Shown one piece after another: positions 10,990-24,190 of a stretch of 45,578 nt of DNA. Location: positions 6,131,763 through 6,177,340 of the forward strand of contig NC_068997.1 of the NCBI RefSeq assembly GCF_001194135.2, read 5' to 3'. This DNA comes from Octopus bimaculoides. Taxonomy: Eukaryota. Each line of letters opens with the position of its first letter. Within the stretch, counting starts at the first letter, position 1. The position numbers and the translations under genes were made by a program. Under the pieces are notes generated by a model that saw nothing but the letters and a program-made list of their open reading frames with translations, did not search any database and was not told where the DNA came from.

Positions 10990-11585
10990 ATCATCATCAT
11001 CATTTAACATCTGCTTTCCATGCTGGCATGGGTTGGACGGTTTGACTGGGGACTGATGAACCAGATGGCAGCACCAGGCTCCAATCTGATTTGGCAGAGT
11101 TTCTTCAGCTGGATGCTCTTCCTAACGCCAACCACTCTGAGAGTGTAGTGGGTGCTTTTATGTGCCACCGGCATGAGGGCCAGTCAGGTGGTACTGGCAA
11201 CGGCCATGCTCAAATGGTGTTTTTACGTGTCACCTGCACAGGAGCCAGTCCAGCGGCACTGGCAATGCCCTCGCTAGAATGTTGTTTTCCATGTACCAAT
11301 GTCACAAGTGCCAGTAAGGTGACGCTGGTAACGATCATGCTTGAATGGTGCTTTTTACGTGCCACTGGCGCGGGGGCCAGTCAATGGCCCTGGCAATGAT
11401 CACGCTCGGATGGTGCTCTTAGCGCTCCAGTAGCATGGATGCCAGTCATGCGGTGCTGTCATCGAATTTGATTTCGATTTCACTTGCCTCAACAGGTCTT
11501 CACAAGCAGAGTTTCGTGTCCAATGAAAGAAAGGTACGCCTAAGCGGGCTGGTTACACCACTGACATAGGCCACGGGTTATGGTT
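10990..11585 (-). mobile_element. 5'-truncated RTE 3'-UTR copy ending in a (GAT)n tail
   Basis: Collinear with 17610-18300, which is joined to the RTE ORF2 C-terminus. Confidence 0.8.
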
Positions 11586-11713
11586 TCAGGATCCACAGTC
11601 TTCACCTATCAATTCCACTTGGAAGACATTAACAGGCCTGAGACTCCATGAGAAGATATGAACTTTCGATCACGTGGTTAAGAAGTGAACTCATAGTCAC
11701 ACATCACTCTCTA

Positions 11714-11749
<36 letters not shown>

Positions 11750-12478
11750 NNNNNNNNNNNNNNNNNNNNNNNNNNNNNNNNNNNNNNNNNNNNNNNNNNN
11801 NNNNNNNNNNNNNNNNNNNNNNNNNNNNNNNNNNNNNNNNNNNNNNNNNNNNNNNNNNNNNNNNNNNNNNNNNNNNNNNNNNNNNNNNNNNNNNNNNNNN
11901 NNNNNNNNNNNNNNNNNNNNNNNNNNNNNNNNNNNNNNNNNNNNNNNNNNNNNNNNNNNNNNNNNNNNNNNNNNNNNNNNNNNNNNNNNNNNNNNNNNNN
12001 NNNNNNNNNNNNNNNNNNNNNNNNNNNNNNNNNNNNNNNNNNNNNNNNNNNNNNNNNNNNNNNNNNNNNNNNNNNNNNNNNNNNNNNNNNNNNNNNNNNN
12101 NNNNNNNNNNNNNNNNNNNNNNNNNNNNNNNNNNNNNNNNNNNNNNNNNNNNNNNNNNNNNNNNNNNNNNNNNNNNNNNNNNNNNNNNNNNNNNNNNNNN
12201 NNNNNNNNNNNNNNNNNNNNNNNNNNNNNNNNNNNNNNNNNNNNNNNNNNNNNNNNNNNNNNNNNNNNNNNNNNNNNNNNNNNNNNNNNNNNNNNNNNNN
12301 NNNNNNNNNNNNNNNNNNNNNNNNNNNNNNNNNNNNNNNNNNNNNNNNNNNNNNNNNNNNNNNNNNNNNNNNNNNNNNNNNNNNNNNNNNNNNNNNNNNN
12401 NNNNNNNNNNNNNNNNNNNNNNNNNNNNNNNNNNNNNNNNNNNNNNNNNNNNNNNNNNNNNNNNNNNNNNNNNNNNNN
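11750..12478. other. Assembly gap
   Basis: 729 N. Confidence 0.99.
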
Positions 12479-12479
12479 C

Positions 12480-12650
12480 TGTGCTGGTGTCACGTAAAAG
12501 TGCCCATGTCAGTGTTACATTTGGAAAGGCATCCAACCAAAGAAACCATGCCAAAACTGAAAAATGGAGCCCAGGAAGCCCTCCAGCTGGCTAACTCCTC
12601 ACAAACCAACAACTCATGACAGCATAGAAAACATGTTAAAAGATGATGAT
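12480..12650 (+). mobile_element. RTE 3' end, plus orientation
   Basis: ggcatcca...ccaaaccaac...catgacagcatagaaaacatgttaaaagatgatgatg is the reverse complement of the common catcatcatc...tttccatgc end. Confidence 0.65.
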
Positions 12651-13489
12651 GTGAGTGTCTTTATTTGTCTCCTCTCCTTACTGTCTGACAACTGGTGTTA
12701 GTTTGTTTAAGTCCTCATAACTTAGTTGTTTGGCAAAAGGAACCAACAAAATAAGAACAAGACTTAAAAAAAAGAAAATGTTAGTACTGTGATTGATTTG
12801 TTCAACTAAAAAAAAAGCCTTTCAAGTAGTGCCCTAGTATGGCAACAGTGCAATGATAGAAAAAGAAAAAAGAACAAAATATGTGTGTACTGACATGCAT
12901 ATTTAAATGTATAATAAATACATGAAGACATACAAGAATTTTTGTAATATCTCACTGTCATGCATTCATCCCACCCATACTAACATGGATAAAATAGATA
13001 TAAAATAAACAAATGAACACACATACACACATACTACTTTTCACAAATCCATGTCTACACACACACATACTACACATATACTCATAGACGTTCATTTTCG
13101 CAAACATATTAGTAACACCAACAAACACCCACAACCAACACATACATAGATAAAATAAAGCAACCTAAATCAAAATAAGACAAAGGAATAGAATTGTGTA
13201 AACAAGTGTGTGTGTGTGTGTTTAAGTTGTTTTTTTAGCTCAATAAGATAAACAAGTTTGTCTCGTGCCCAAAATGAATCATAAAAACATGTTACTATTT
13301 GCAATGAAAACTGATATTTATTTCAATGTAAAAACTGTAAGGAGAAAGGAGAAAGAAGGAAAAGTTTCTGATTGTGAATAAGAAATAAATTGTCACCTAA
13401 CTCTATGTTGTTTATCATAACTAATTATTTTTTTCTTGATGACACATATATTAAATAACATTTAGAACTAATGAGGATAATAACAAATC

Positions 13490-13700
13490 TTTCTGCTACA
13501 GGTACAGGGCCTGGAATTTGTGGGGAGGGGGATAGTCAATAACATCGACCACAGTGTTTCACTGGTACTTAATTTATCCACCCTGAAAGGATGAAAGGCA
13601 AAGTCTATCTCGGCAGAATTTGGACTCAGAATGTAAGGAGGGATGAAATACTGCCAGGCATTTTACCCTGTGTGCTAACGATTCTGTTCCCTGGCTCACC
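13490..13700 (-). mobile_element. SINE family A
   Basis: actggtacttaatttatc...aaaggatgaaaggcaaagtc...ggcagaatttggactcagaatgt is the reverse complement of family A. Confidence 0.75.
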
Positions 13701-13834
13701 ATCCTTACAAGAAATGTAAAAGATTGTCTTAACCGGTCCGTCGCATGTATTGAGAAGAGCGTTATCGAGGGATGAAATATTGCTAGGCATTTTACCCTGT
13801 GTGCTAACGATTCTGTTCCCTGGCTCACCATCCT

Positions 13835-13934
13835 NNNNNNNNNNNNNNNNNNNNNNNNNNNNNNNNNNNNNNNNNNNNNNNNNNNNNNNNNNNNNNNNNN
13901 NNNNNNNNNNNNNNNNNNNNNNNNNNNNNNNNNN
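13835..13934. other. Assembly gap (100 N, probably a placeholder of unknown size)
   Basis: Exactly 100 N. Confidence 0.97.
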
Positions 13935-14414
13935 CTGTAAAAAGGATTTTGCTCCTGAAAAATGGAGCTCATGGAGCTCTAAAAGTGGGAATGAAGGCCC
14001 CTATTGAGGGTGGGTGTGTTAATGTCAACCAGAGAAGTTGAATTGTTGGGAATGTTTTTAACTTTGGTCTTATAGTATACCTGTATATATGTGAGAGCAT
14101 AGTTTCACTTTAATAGTTTCACTATGAAATTGAAAGTATTAAAGTGAAAGTATTTGAAATTACAGTAGCGACATGTTACTGTTTCACTTTTGACACGTAA
14201 TACTGAAATAGTGGAATAGTTTCAGTGTTAAAGTGAAAGTATCTGACATTACAGTAGATGGAAATATTTTAGCAAATTAAATTTAAATGTTGAAGTGAAT
14301 CTAACGGTTTTTGTATGTTTCTTAAATGGCTTAGAAACACCTTCTACGCAGCAATTGTTTTTGTTCCAGCACATGATCTCAGATCAGGTCACTTGCTATG
14401 CAAGTACATCTCTG

Positions 14415-14416
<2 letters not shown>
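13935..14416. repeat. Unclassified repeat with internal subrepeats, possibly a non-autonomous DNA transposon truncated by the gap
   Basis: aaagtgaaagtat(t/c)tga(a/c)attacagtag occurs twice (about 14141 and 14230); an atagtttcactttaata block also occurs near 41100. Confidence 0.4.
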
Positions 14417-14472
<56 letters not shown>

Positions 14473-14606
14473 GACATGAGGGGTTTTTGTCAGGATGACT
14501 CAAACTAATAAGTATGTATTCTGAGTGCCCCACCAAAATATATGTGTGTATGTGTGTGTGTTTTAGTGTCAAGCTATTATTTGGCCACCTGGCCTTTATC
14601 AGACAC

Positions 14607-14637
<31 letters not shown>

Positions 14638-15104
14638 AAATACAAAATGGGAAGCCTGAAATATATTCCGATGTGCATGCACACACAGATACAACGAAAA
14701 TTTCAGAGCTAAATTTTCATCATCATAAATTTCTTCGACCAACCTTTCCCCACACTCCACATGACCTCATAACCACTTTGCCCTCAAAACCTTTCACAGA
14801 AAGTACATGATAAAACTTTAATTAATATTAGTAGGACATGTGGCAAAACAACTGTTATCTCTTCTCGTTTCTCTCCTACCCTCCCAATCTCTCTCTCTCT
14901 CTCTTTCTTTCCCTCTTTCAACACACACATACATCTGTCTATGCATACACAGGCATTGCATTAATAGTTGATGACGATATAAGATGTGAGTTGTGGCAGA
15001 AAGGAATCGATCTCATGTTACATTGAATCACATTTATGAATCTCTATTTGGATCTACTTAAATTTCTCACAACATAAAAATGTGCGTGAGGGAGTAATAT
15101 ATCT

Positions 15105-15470
15105 ATTTTCATTTACTTGTTTCAGTCAGTTTGACAGGTCATGCTGGAGCACTGTCTTAAAGGGGTTTTTTTAGTCGAAAAATTTTGATTCCAGGACTTA
15201 TTCTTTGTAAGCTTAGTACTTATTCTATCAGTCTCTTTAGCCAAACTGCTAAGTTACAGGGACATAAACAGACCAGCATCGGTTGTCAAGCAATGGCAGG
15301 ATGACAAATACATACACACACACGATGGGCTTCTTTCAGTTTCTACCTACCAAATCCACTCACAAAGCTTTGGTCAGCCCAAGACTATAGTAGAAGACAC
15401 TTGCCCAAGGTGCCACACAACAGGACTGAAACCAGAACCATGTGGTTGGGAAGCAAGCTTCTTACCACAC
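15105..15470 (-). mobile_element. SINE family B, near full length, CpG-decayed
   Basis: Collinear with the 32355 copy; tRNA-like head (A box TGTGG, B box GGTTTCAGTCC) on the minus strand near 15420-15470. Confidence 0.85.
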
Positions 15471-15606
<136 letters not shown>

Positions 15607-15819
15607 ATAAAATTGCCCGACAAAAATAAGAATTCCATATAATATATATACATCCAATGTGAAGGATTTACTCTTTTACTCTTTTACTTGTTTCAGTCAT
15701 TTGACTGTGGCCATAGGAAGGGTATCTGGCTGTATAATACTGTCTCAAGAAACTTGTACAAGTCATGTTAACGTAAATAGGTAGATGTAAACTTATGATA
15801 ATAACGACAGTGTATTTCA

Positions 15820-16035
15820 AGGTGGTAAGCTGGCAGAGTTGTTAGCACATCGAGCAAAATGCTCAGCACAGTTTCGTCTGTCTTTACGTTCTGAGTTCAA
15901 ATTCTGCCAAGGTTGACTTTGCCTTTCATCCCTTTTGGTGGGGGTCAACAAAATAAGTACTAGTTGAGTACTAAGGTCGATGTAATCAACTTACCCCTCC
16001 CCTGAAATTCTAGGTCTTGTACCAAAATTTGAAAC
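15820..16035 (+). mobile_element. SINE family A
   Basis: ggtggtaagctggcagag...ctgagttcaaattctgcc...gactttgcctttcatcc...aaatttgaaacc. Confidence 0.8.
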
Positions 16036-16600
16036 CAATAATGATAGAGTATTTAGGCCTACATTTTGCAATCTCCCTTTCTCTCTCTTTCCACATAGAA
16101 ACACACACACAAAAACATGGCAGGTTTCTGTACGGTTTCCATCAACTGAATTCTGCTCATAAGGCAGCTGTCCACGATAGCAAGCTATGAGACTTTCTCT
16201 GAAATCATGTGCTTACAAAAGTAACTTCTTAATCACATAGGCATGCGTGCGCACGCACACACACACACACACACAACCCACACACTTTTCTCTGTCACAT
16301 TTTCCTTTCTCATGTATATACGACGTACATGGTCTAACAAACACACACACACAAACATGTCCCCTTCTCTCCCTCACCCTCTTTCTCTTTATGTATATAT
16401 GACACATATAGTTAAAAGCTTGAAAATTTATGTACGTGTACATCACACACACACAGAGCAATAACCATGCTGTAAAAATGAGAAAAAAAGAAAAACGCTA
16501 GTTCTATGGGATAGAAATATGTACACTGATGTAATATACGGAAGAAAAATGTAAACATGAATTTCAGGACAGTGACCTCATTGTATAAATGGGTACAGTA

Positions 16601-16647
<47 letters not shown>

Positions 16648-17018
16648 NNNNNNNNNNNNNNNNNNNNNNNNNNNNNNNNNNNNNNNNNNNNNNNNNNNNN
16701 NNNNNNNNNNNNNNNNNNNNNNNNNNNNNNNNNNNNNNNNNNNNNNNNNNNNNNNNNNNNNNNNNNNNNNNNNNNNNNNNNNNNNNNNNNNNNNNNNNNN
16801 NNNNNNNNNNNNNNNNNNNNNNNNNNNNNNNNNNNNNNNNNNNNNNNNNNNNNNNNNNNNNNNNNNNNNNNNNNNNNNNNNNNNNNNNNNNNNNNNNNNN
16901 NNNNNNNNNNNNNNNNNNNNNNNNNNNNNNNNNNNNNNNNNNNNNNNNNNNNNNNNNNNNNNNNNNNNNNNNNNNNNNNNNNNNNNNNNNNNNNNNNNNN
17001 NNNNNNNNNNNNNNNNNN
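16648..17018. other. Assembly gap inside a (TA)n tract
   Basis: 371 N flanked by (TA)n. Confidence 0.99.
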
Positions 17019-17049
<31 letters not shown>

Positions 17050-17204
17050 ATCACTTACATAAATATACATACATGTAGTGTGTGTGTGAGTAGAAGTAAG
17101 AAAGTCATTCTTTTGAAAGCATTGGGATAAAATTATAATGAAGCATTATAATGATGATAATAACTATTACCACAGATCTTTAAATTATTGGTCAGATATA
17201 ATTT

Positions 17205-17420
17205 TGGTTAAAAATTTTGGCACAAGGCCAGCAATTTTGGGGGTGAGAGCAACTCTTTTACATTGACTGCAGTGTTCAACTGGAATTTATTTTATCAACC
17301 CTGAAAGGATGAAAGGCAAGGTCGACCTCAATGCAATTTGAACTCAGAATGTAAAGTCGGAAGAAATACTGCTAAGCATTTTTCCCAGCATGGTGAGGAT
17401 TCTGCCAGCTCACAACCTTG
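17205..17420 (-). mobile_element. SINE family A
   Basis: gaaaggatgaaaggcaaggtcgacc...atttgaactcagaatgt...gattctgccagctcac. Confidence 0.8.
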
Positions 17421-17464
17421 GTCAGATATAATATTATCAACAGAAACAAGAGGAATCCATGAAA

Positions 17465-17605
17465 GGCGTAGCTGTGTGGTAAGAAGCTTGCTTCCCAACT
17501 ACATTCTTCTAGGTTCAGTTTGGGCAAGTGTCTTCTATTATAGCCTTGGACCGACCAAAGCCTTATGAATGGATTTGGTAGAGGGAAACTGAAAGAAGCC
17601 TGTCA
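17465..17605 (+). mobile_element. SINE family B head
   Basis: gtagctgtgtggtaagaagcttgcttcccaac...ggttcag...gggcaagtgtcttct...ggaaactgaaagaagcc. Confidence 0.8.
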
Positions 17606-17609
17606 TATA

Positions 17610-18830
17610 CATCATCATCATCATCGTTTAATGTCTGCTTTCCATGCTAGCATGGGTTGGACGATTTGACTGAAGACTGGTGAACTGGATGGCCACACCA
17701 GGTTCCAATCTGATTTGGCAGAGTTTCTACAGCTGGATGCCCTTCCTAATGCCGACCACTCCGAGAGTGTAGTGGGTGTTTTTATGTGCCACCGGCACGA
17801 GGGCCAGTCACGCAGTACTGGCAGCGTTTTGCGTTTTTCACGTGCCACCTGCACAGGAGCCAGTCCAGCAGCAATGGTAACAACCTCGCTCGAATCATTT
17901 TCTAATGTGCCACCAGCACAAGTACCAGTAAGGCGACGCAGGTAACGATCATGTTCAAATGATACTATTTACATGCCACTAGCATGGAAGCCAGACAGCT
18001 GCTCTGGCAATGATCATGCTCGGACGGTGCTGTTAGTGCTCCACTGGCACAGGTGCTGGTCATCGAATATGGTTCAATTATGATTTTGATTTCACTTGCC
18101 CCAACAGGTCTTCACAAGCAGAATTTAGTGTTCAATGAAGGAGAGGTTGGCATGGGTGCCAGTCGTCGAATTTGGTTCAATTTCGATTTCAATTCACTTG
18201 CTGCAACAGGTCTTCGCAAGCAGAGTTTAGTGTCCAATGAAGTAATGATACGAATAAGTGAGCTGGCTACGCTCCTGGCAGAGGCCACAGGTTATGCTCT
18301 CACTTGGCTTGCTGGGTCTTCTCACGTATTGCATAATTCCAAAGGTCCTGGTCACTAGTCATTGCCTCAGTGAGGCCTAAAGTTCGAAGGTCGTGCTTCA
18401 CCACCTCATCCAAAGTCTTCCTGAGTCTACCTCTTCCACAGGTTCCCTCAGCTGCTAGGGTGTGGCACTTTTTCACACAGCTATCCTCATCCATTCTTGC
18501 CACATGACCATACTAGCGCAATCGTCTCTCTTGCACACTACAACTGATGCTTCTTAGGTCTAACTTCTCTCTCAAGGTACTTACACTCTGTCGAGTATGC
18601 ACACTGATATTACACATCTATTGGAGCATACTGGCTTCATTCCTTGCAAGCTTATGCATGTCCTCAGCAGTCACAGCCCATGTTTCACTGCCATGTAGCA
18701 TGGCGGTTCATACACATGCATGATACAGTGTGCCTTTTACTCTAAGTGAGAGGCCCTTAGTCACCAGCAGAAGTAAGAGCTCTCTGAACTTTGCCCAGAT
18801 TATTCTTATTCTAGCAGAGTGTCTTTGTGC
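17610..18830 (-). mobile_element. RTE LINE 3' portion: ORF2 C-terminus (about 18300-18830, with stops), 3' UTR and (GAT)n tail
   Basis: Minus strand gives IWAKFRELL...MLHGSETWA...RRLR*YGHVARMDEDSCVKKCHTLAAEGTCGRGRLRKTLDEVVKHDL, typical of the RTE C-terminus. Confidence 0.9.
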
Positions 18831-19025
18831 CTGTGTTTGTCCCACACCATCACTTGACAACTGGTGTTGGTGTGCTTACATCCCTGTAAATTAGCGGCTT
18901 AGCGAAAGAGACTGAGAAAATAAGTACTAGGCTTTAAAAAGAAAAGTTCTGGAGTCGATTTGTCCAACTAAAACTCTTCAAGACGATGCTCCAACATGGT
19001 GGCAGTCAATGAGTGAAAGAAATAA
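18830..19025 (+). mobile_element. SINE family B 3' half
   Basis: caactggtgttggtgtgcttacatccctgtaa...aataagtactaggc...ctccaacatggtggcagtcaatgagtgaaag. Confidence 0.7.
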
Positions 19026-19109
19026 AAGATTAAAGGTATATATATGTGTGTATATATATGTATGTATGTATGTATGGTTGTGTGTGTGTGTGTGTGTGTG
19101 CATGCATGC

Positions 19110-19149
<40 letters not shown>

Positions 19150-19599
19150 TTATCATCATTTAATGTCCACTTTCTATGTTCTGACTGGCTTTGGAGTACC
19201 TAATTTGAGGAATTCTTTCTACCATCGGATTACATTACCTTATTCATTCAGAATTTGCCATTTCTGCACCTTGATTATATACATATATATGAATGTAGCT
19301 ATGTATGCATGTATGTATATATGCATACACACAAACAACTATGGGCATATGCATATGACCATCATCGTTGTTTTTAACATCCACTTTTCCATGTTTAGGT
19401 GAGGTGGATTTTCTATGGCTGAATGCTGTTCCTGTTACCAGCAGCCCTCATCTGTTTCCAAGTAAAATAATATTTCTTCATAACCACGGAAATCATAGAA
19501 GATTTGGCATGAAGGACACTGCATGCATTTACAACTATCCTGCAATGTCAAGACAAAATGACAGTCTCACACACACACACACACACACACACACAAAGT

Positions 19600-19805
19600 G
19601 CTGGTGCCACATAAAAGTACTCATGCTGGTGCCATGTTAAAGGTATTCAGCATGCGTTGTAAACTGGTTGGTGTCAAGAAGGGCATCCAGCTGTAGAAAC
19701 CAAGCCAAATCAGACTGAAACTTGGTGCAGCTCATCGGCTTGCCTGCTCTAATCAAACCATCCAACCCATACCAGCATGGAAAAATGGATGTTAAGAGAT
19801 GATGA
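19600..19805 (+). mobile_element. RTE 3' end, plus orientation
   Basis: gaagggcatccagctgtagaaac...ccatccaacccataccagcatggaaaaatggatgttaagagatgatgatg. Confidence 0.75.
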
Positions 19806-20259
19806 TGGTTCTTTTAGTTTCTGTCTATCACATCCACTTTGGTTGGCCCAGGTTATAGGAAAAAATGCTCAGAGCCACACAGGGAGATTTAACCCAGAAT
19901 CATGTGGTTTGGAAGTAAACTTCTTACCACACACATACATACACACACAAATAAATGCATATACATATATATATTAATTAATTAATGACATTGGAATAGG
20001 AGTAACATAACTTTACAGTTATTTCTAGTATAAGAAGCAAAGTATTCAGAATTAAGTACTATGAGTGCACTTTTTATAGCAGAAACATCTGTAGGCTAAT
20101 GAAGTTGACATGACTCTTATTCCCTTATCATTCATTAACTAATATGCTATGTATAATGAGCTCTAGCAACTGGTTATTGATATTACTAAGCCCTAAGTGA
20201 AATTATCATTCATATATGTATACACACACACACATATTTATATATATCTTTATCTTTTA

Positions 20260-20585
20260 TCATTTACTTGTTTCAGTCATTAGAATTTTTAATCAAATGA
20301 ATTCAATCCAGTACTTGTTTTTATTCCAAGCCAAGTACTTATTCTATCGGTCTCTTTTGTCAAATTAAGTTATGGGGACATAAACACACCAACACTGGTT
20401 TTCAAGCGGTGGCTGGAGACAAATACAGACACACGAACTTCTTTTGGTTTCCATCTTTCAAATCCAGTCACAAGGCCTTGGCCAGCCCAAGGCGATAGTA
20501 CAAAACATTTGTCTAAAGTGCTGCACAGTTGGACTGAACTCAGAACTTTGTGGTTGGGAAGCAAGCTTCTTACCACACAGCTGCG
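20260..20585 (-). mobile_element. SINE family B
   Basis: tttacttgtttcagtc...agtacttattctatcggtc...gcaagcttcttaccacacagc. Confidence 0.8.
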
Positions 20586-20593
20586 CCCCTTAA

Positions 20594-20797
20594 CTCTTTA
20601 GCACTTAAACCGACCATATCTGGCCTAAATGTTCAAACCAGCCATATTGGGTCTCTCACACCTACCTTACAATGTCTTTCTAATAATAAGCAATCACATC
20701 ATAAAAATCTCAAAGCTACAAGATAATGCATGATTAATTCAAATCAATGTGAATAAATAAGCATTACATTTGACAGAGTAATTTGAATGCTAAAAAG
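20594..20797. mobile_element. piggyBac-like MITE
   Basis: TTAA on both flanks (20590-20593, 20798-20801); TIRs ctctttagcac / atgctaaaaag match at 9 of 11. Confidence 0.7.
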
Positions 20798-21753
20798 TTA
20801 AAAGGAGCTATTTATAAAACTGGTAAAAAACAGACAATTTGTGAGAAAAAAAATGGCAAAGGCCATATGATAACAGAGAACAGATTAGCATTTCCACAAA
20901 TATGATTGGTTGGTGTATATTTTTGAGAGTTTTATTCCAAATTTTCTCATCAGAGAAAGAACTTGTTTTCAACCAGAAACAAACCTCTTTCATTAGAATT
21001 TAGACAGCATTAACTAGGTAGCTATTGCATGTCAATTTATGCCTATACATCTGAATGTATGCATATTTGTATGTACGTGATTGCATGTATGCGTATGAAT
21101 GCATGTATCTTTATGCTTGTATGTCTATGTATATGTATGGGTGTATATGTATATGTGTGTATGTATGTATATATATGTGCATGTATGTATATGTGTGCAT
21201 GTATATATGTATGTGCATCGATGTTTGTATGTATCCACACAATATATGTATGCTGTGTGTGAGAATCTATCTATTTTCATTTATGTATGTGTATGCATGT
21301 GTGAATGTATGTGAATGTATTCATATCTTCAACACATTATAGACAGGTTTAAACTTCAAAAATATTTTACGTAGTTTTACAATTCCATTAAAAGCTTCTA
21401 ATTATAATTTCCTAATTAACCATGAGATTTTGTGTTGAACTCTAAACTATTTTCTTTGTTATCAAATGATTCTATTCAAGGATTCTAGCTCAAAAGGCAC
21501 CTCCAGTGAGTTGGTCACAAACACTGTCATTTATGGGGTTAACTTACCTACAAAGCAGTCATAAAAGATATATGCACAGGCTGATGTAAACATGGTGGCA
21601 TAGCTACAGTGTGTAGTGTCACTAGGGACAGCCCTTGAGTTAGTACACACTTCCAAGGCCCCAAGCCTATACAGACTTATACAGTAGATCCCAAAAATGC
21701 CTCCTCTACAGATGGGTCACCTCCACCCCCACCAGCTTTGCTACTGTGCAAAT

Positions 21754-22025
21754 CAGTGGTTCCTAACTGGAGTTCACACGACCCCTTAGGGTCCACATAA
21801 TATTTTGGGGGGTTCACACAAGCAAAATAGTAAATTGGGTCCACAATAGTATCTAATGAATCCATGAAAAGATGTTGCTTTAGATATATTTATTGCAAAA
21901 AACAACTAGGTTTCTTTCTCTGATGTTTTACACAATGAACTGGGTGAAAAAGAAGACAGAAATCATGAAAGAAGTAACTATAAAACTAGATTCTTAAACA
22001 TCAAATGGCTATGGGGGTCCACCAC
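21754..22025. mobile_element. hAT-like MITE, right end truncated
   Basis: Starts cagtggttcctaactgg (hAT/Charlie-type terminus) and has ggggtcca subterminal repeats. Confidence 0.55.
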
Positions 22026-22036
22026 AATAGAAGAGT

Positions 22037-22406
22037 AAGAAGAGTACTCAGAGAGCACAAACCTCTGCCAAGGCAACACTAATGTCCTCTCAACGATTAG
22101 CTGCAGATGATTTTTAAAATGAGAATATCTGAAATAAACTCAACTGCTCTCACAAACGAGAATACTAAAAATGAACCTGACTGCTCTCAAAAATTAAGTG
22201 AAAAAACAGGAAAAATAATCCAGAATCCTTGTCCAGCACTGGATTGATCCCAAAATCTAATCAGTTCATGCCAGTCACGCGGCCAAACATCCCTGAAAGT
22301 TTCATCCAAATCCACCCAATGCTTCTTGAGATATCTTGTCCACGGACAAACAAACAAACAAGCATGACAGAAAACACCTCTGCTTTCACTAAGGTGGAGG
22401 TAATAA
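22037..22406 (+). mobile_element. Helentron-associated (HINE/DINE-1-like) non-autonomous element
   Basis: 5' subterminal acctctgcc pairs with 3' ggtggaggt; 3' hairpin acctctgctt...aaggtggaggt; (ACAA)n tract; short internal tandem repeats. Confidence 0.65.
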
Positions 22407-23994
22407 AAGAGGTTCAGAGATAAAAAATGGCTGAGAGCCATTGGTGTAAATGATGAGGTAACCAGTTGAAACCTGGAGTAATATTATTAAGTTGGATCTT
22501 GAATCAATACCTGGTTCTCACATATATAATGACTGCCAGTGGAATCACGTCTTGCCAACCATCTCTATATCAGATGTCTATGATCACTAGCCATGGTCAG
22601 TTTCTGTTCATAATATGGTGGACTTTCTGGATGCAGTTGTCCAAACTCATCCAAGATAAATGCTGACACAAGAACAAGTACAGTAATTAGCTGGAATATA
22701 ATTAAATAGAACCCACTGAGCCTCATTTTACTCTAGCTTGCTTGACTGACATAAAACAAGTTTCACCTCCCACCTTCAGCTCCACTCACCAGCCTTGCTT
22801 CATGATGAAGTGTTCAGTTATAAAAATATTTGTTCCAACAATGAATAAATAAGTAATGTGACTGTAAATATACTGAACAGTTTTTGTATAATTTTAGATA
22901 TTAAAAAATACTACATATTCTATTCTTTCTGCAGATGACCCACTTAGTGTCACTTCTAATCATGCTCACACTTGTACAATGATGATGGTGACATCAGTCA
23001 TCACTTTTACTTAATATTCCACACACAGGTAGCAGTCATAAAAACAGAAGAGATAACCTTTTGCACACTACCTAAACACCTCACGGGGGGGGGGGGGAAA
23101 GTTCAACTACTTGTATGATCAGAGACCTTGTAAACCTTGTCTAATGGGGACATGACAACTTTGTTCTTTCAATAACACCAACACACATGTAACACTTGTC
23201 TTTAATGATCAACACACAACTAAAACTTTTACAGTCAACACATGCTAAATACACACCATCAGTGTCATTGTCACATTCATCATTTACCATCTGTCTTCCA
23301 TATTGGCAATGGGTTGGATGATTTGACAGGATTCAATAGGCTGCAGGGCTTTGTTGAGCCTCATTGTCTGTTTTGGAATGGTTTCTACAATTGGATGCTT
23401 TTCCTAATGCCAGCTACTTTGCAGAGTCTACTGGCTGCTTTTCTTATGATACTGGCACTAGTATAGTTGACAAGTAACTGGCAAGAGAAAGAGAAGAGAA
23501 AATCCTCATGACTAAGTGGTGGTGGTGGTGCAGGTTGTAATGAAGGGGGAGAGTTGGCTTCATGCCAGGTGGTGAAAGGCTAAAACATGATAGAGGGACA
23601 AGCACTGGTATCTTACTCCAGATACATGGTTACCCCACTTTATATAAGAGTGACAGAGAGTAATTGGAGCGATAAAGATGGTGATGATAAGGTGCCAGAA
23701 TGAACTTGAGGGACAAGAAATGAGTATAAGGAAGAATACAGACAGTGGATCAAGGGAGGAGGGAGAGGGTGGGTAATTTCACAAGAGTCACTGAATTTTC
23801 ATAAAGTTTCAATATGTAGAACATTGCCAAAAATGTATCACAAAAGTTAGACTATCTTTAACTCTTTGAATAACAACTCCACCTATAACCATCCCTACTA
23901 AAGCCTTCGTATTGACTGACATCTCATAACATGAATGATGTCTAGAGATTTCAGTTAGTCAACACCAACATAATGTACCAATATATAAAGTTAG

Positions 23995-24190
23995 GAAGGT
24001 GACAAGCTGGCAGAATCATTACTGTGACAGGCAACATGCTTAACAGCATTTTGTCCATCTTTGAGTTCTGAGTTCAAATCTCACCATTTGCCTTTTATGC
24101 TTTCAGTTGAGTACTGGATGGGGGTGGGGGTCAATGTAATTGACTTACCTCCTCCCCCCAAATTGCTGGCCTCGTGCCAAAATTTGAAAC
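23995..24190 (+). mobile_element. SINE family A
   Basis: agctggcagaatc...ctgagttcaaatc...ttgccttt...aaatttgaaac. Confidence 0.7.

Noticed and set aside
13644-13834. 63-bp near-identical tandem duplication
   Set aside because: It ends exactly at a 100-N placeholder gap; most likely an assembly artefact.
20808-20993. ORF containing FSDEK as a transposase or host exon
   Set aside because: No other motifs and no convincing splice sites.
21029-21342. Cys/Val/Tyr/His-rich ORFs (also near 15385, 16213, 19000, 33534, 37276-38740, 42229 and 43747)
   Set aside because: Translations of di- and trinucleotide microsatellites.
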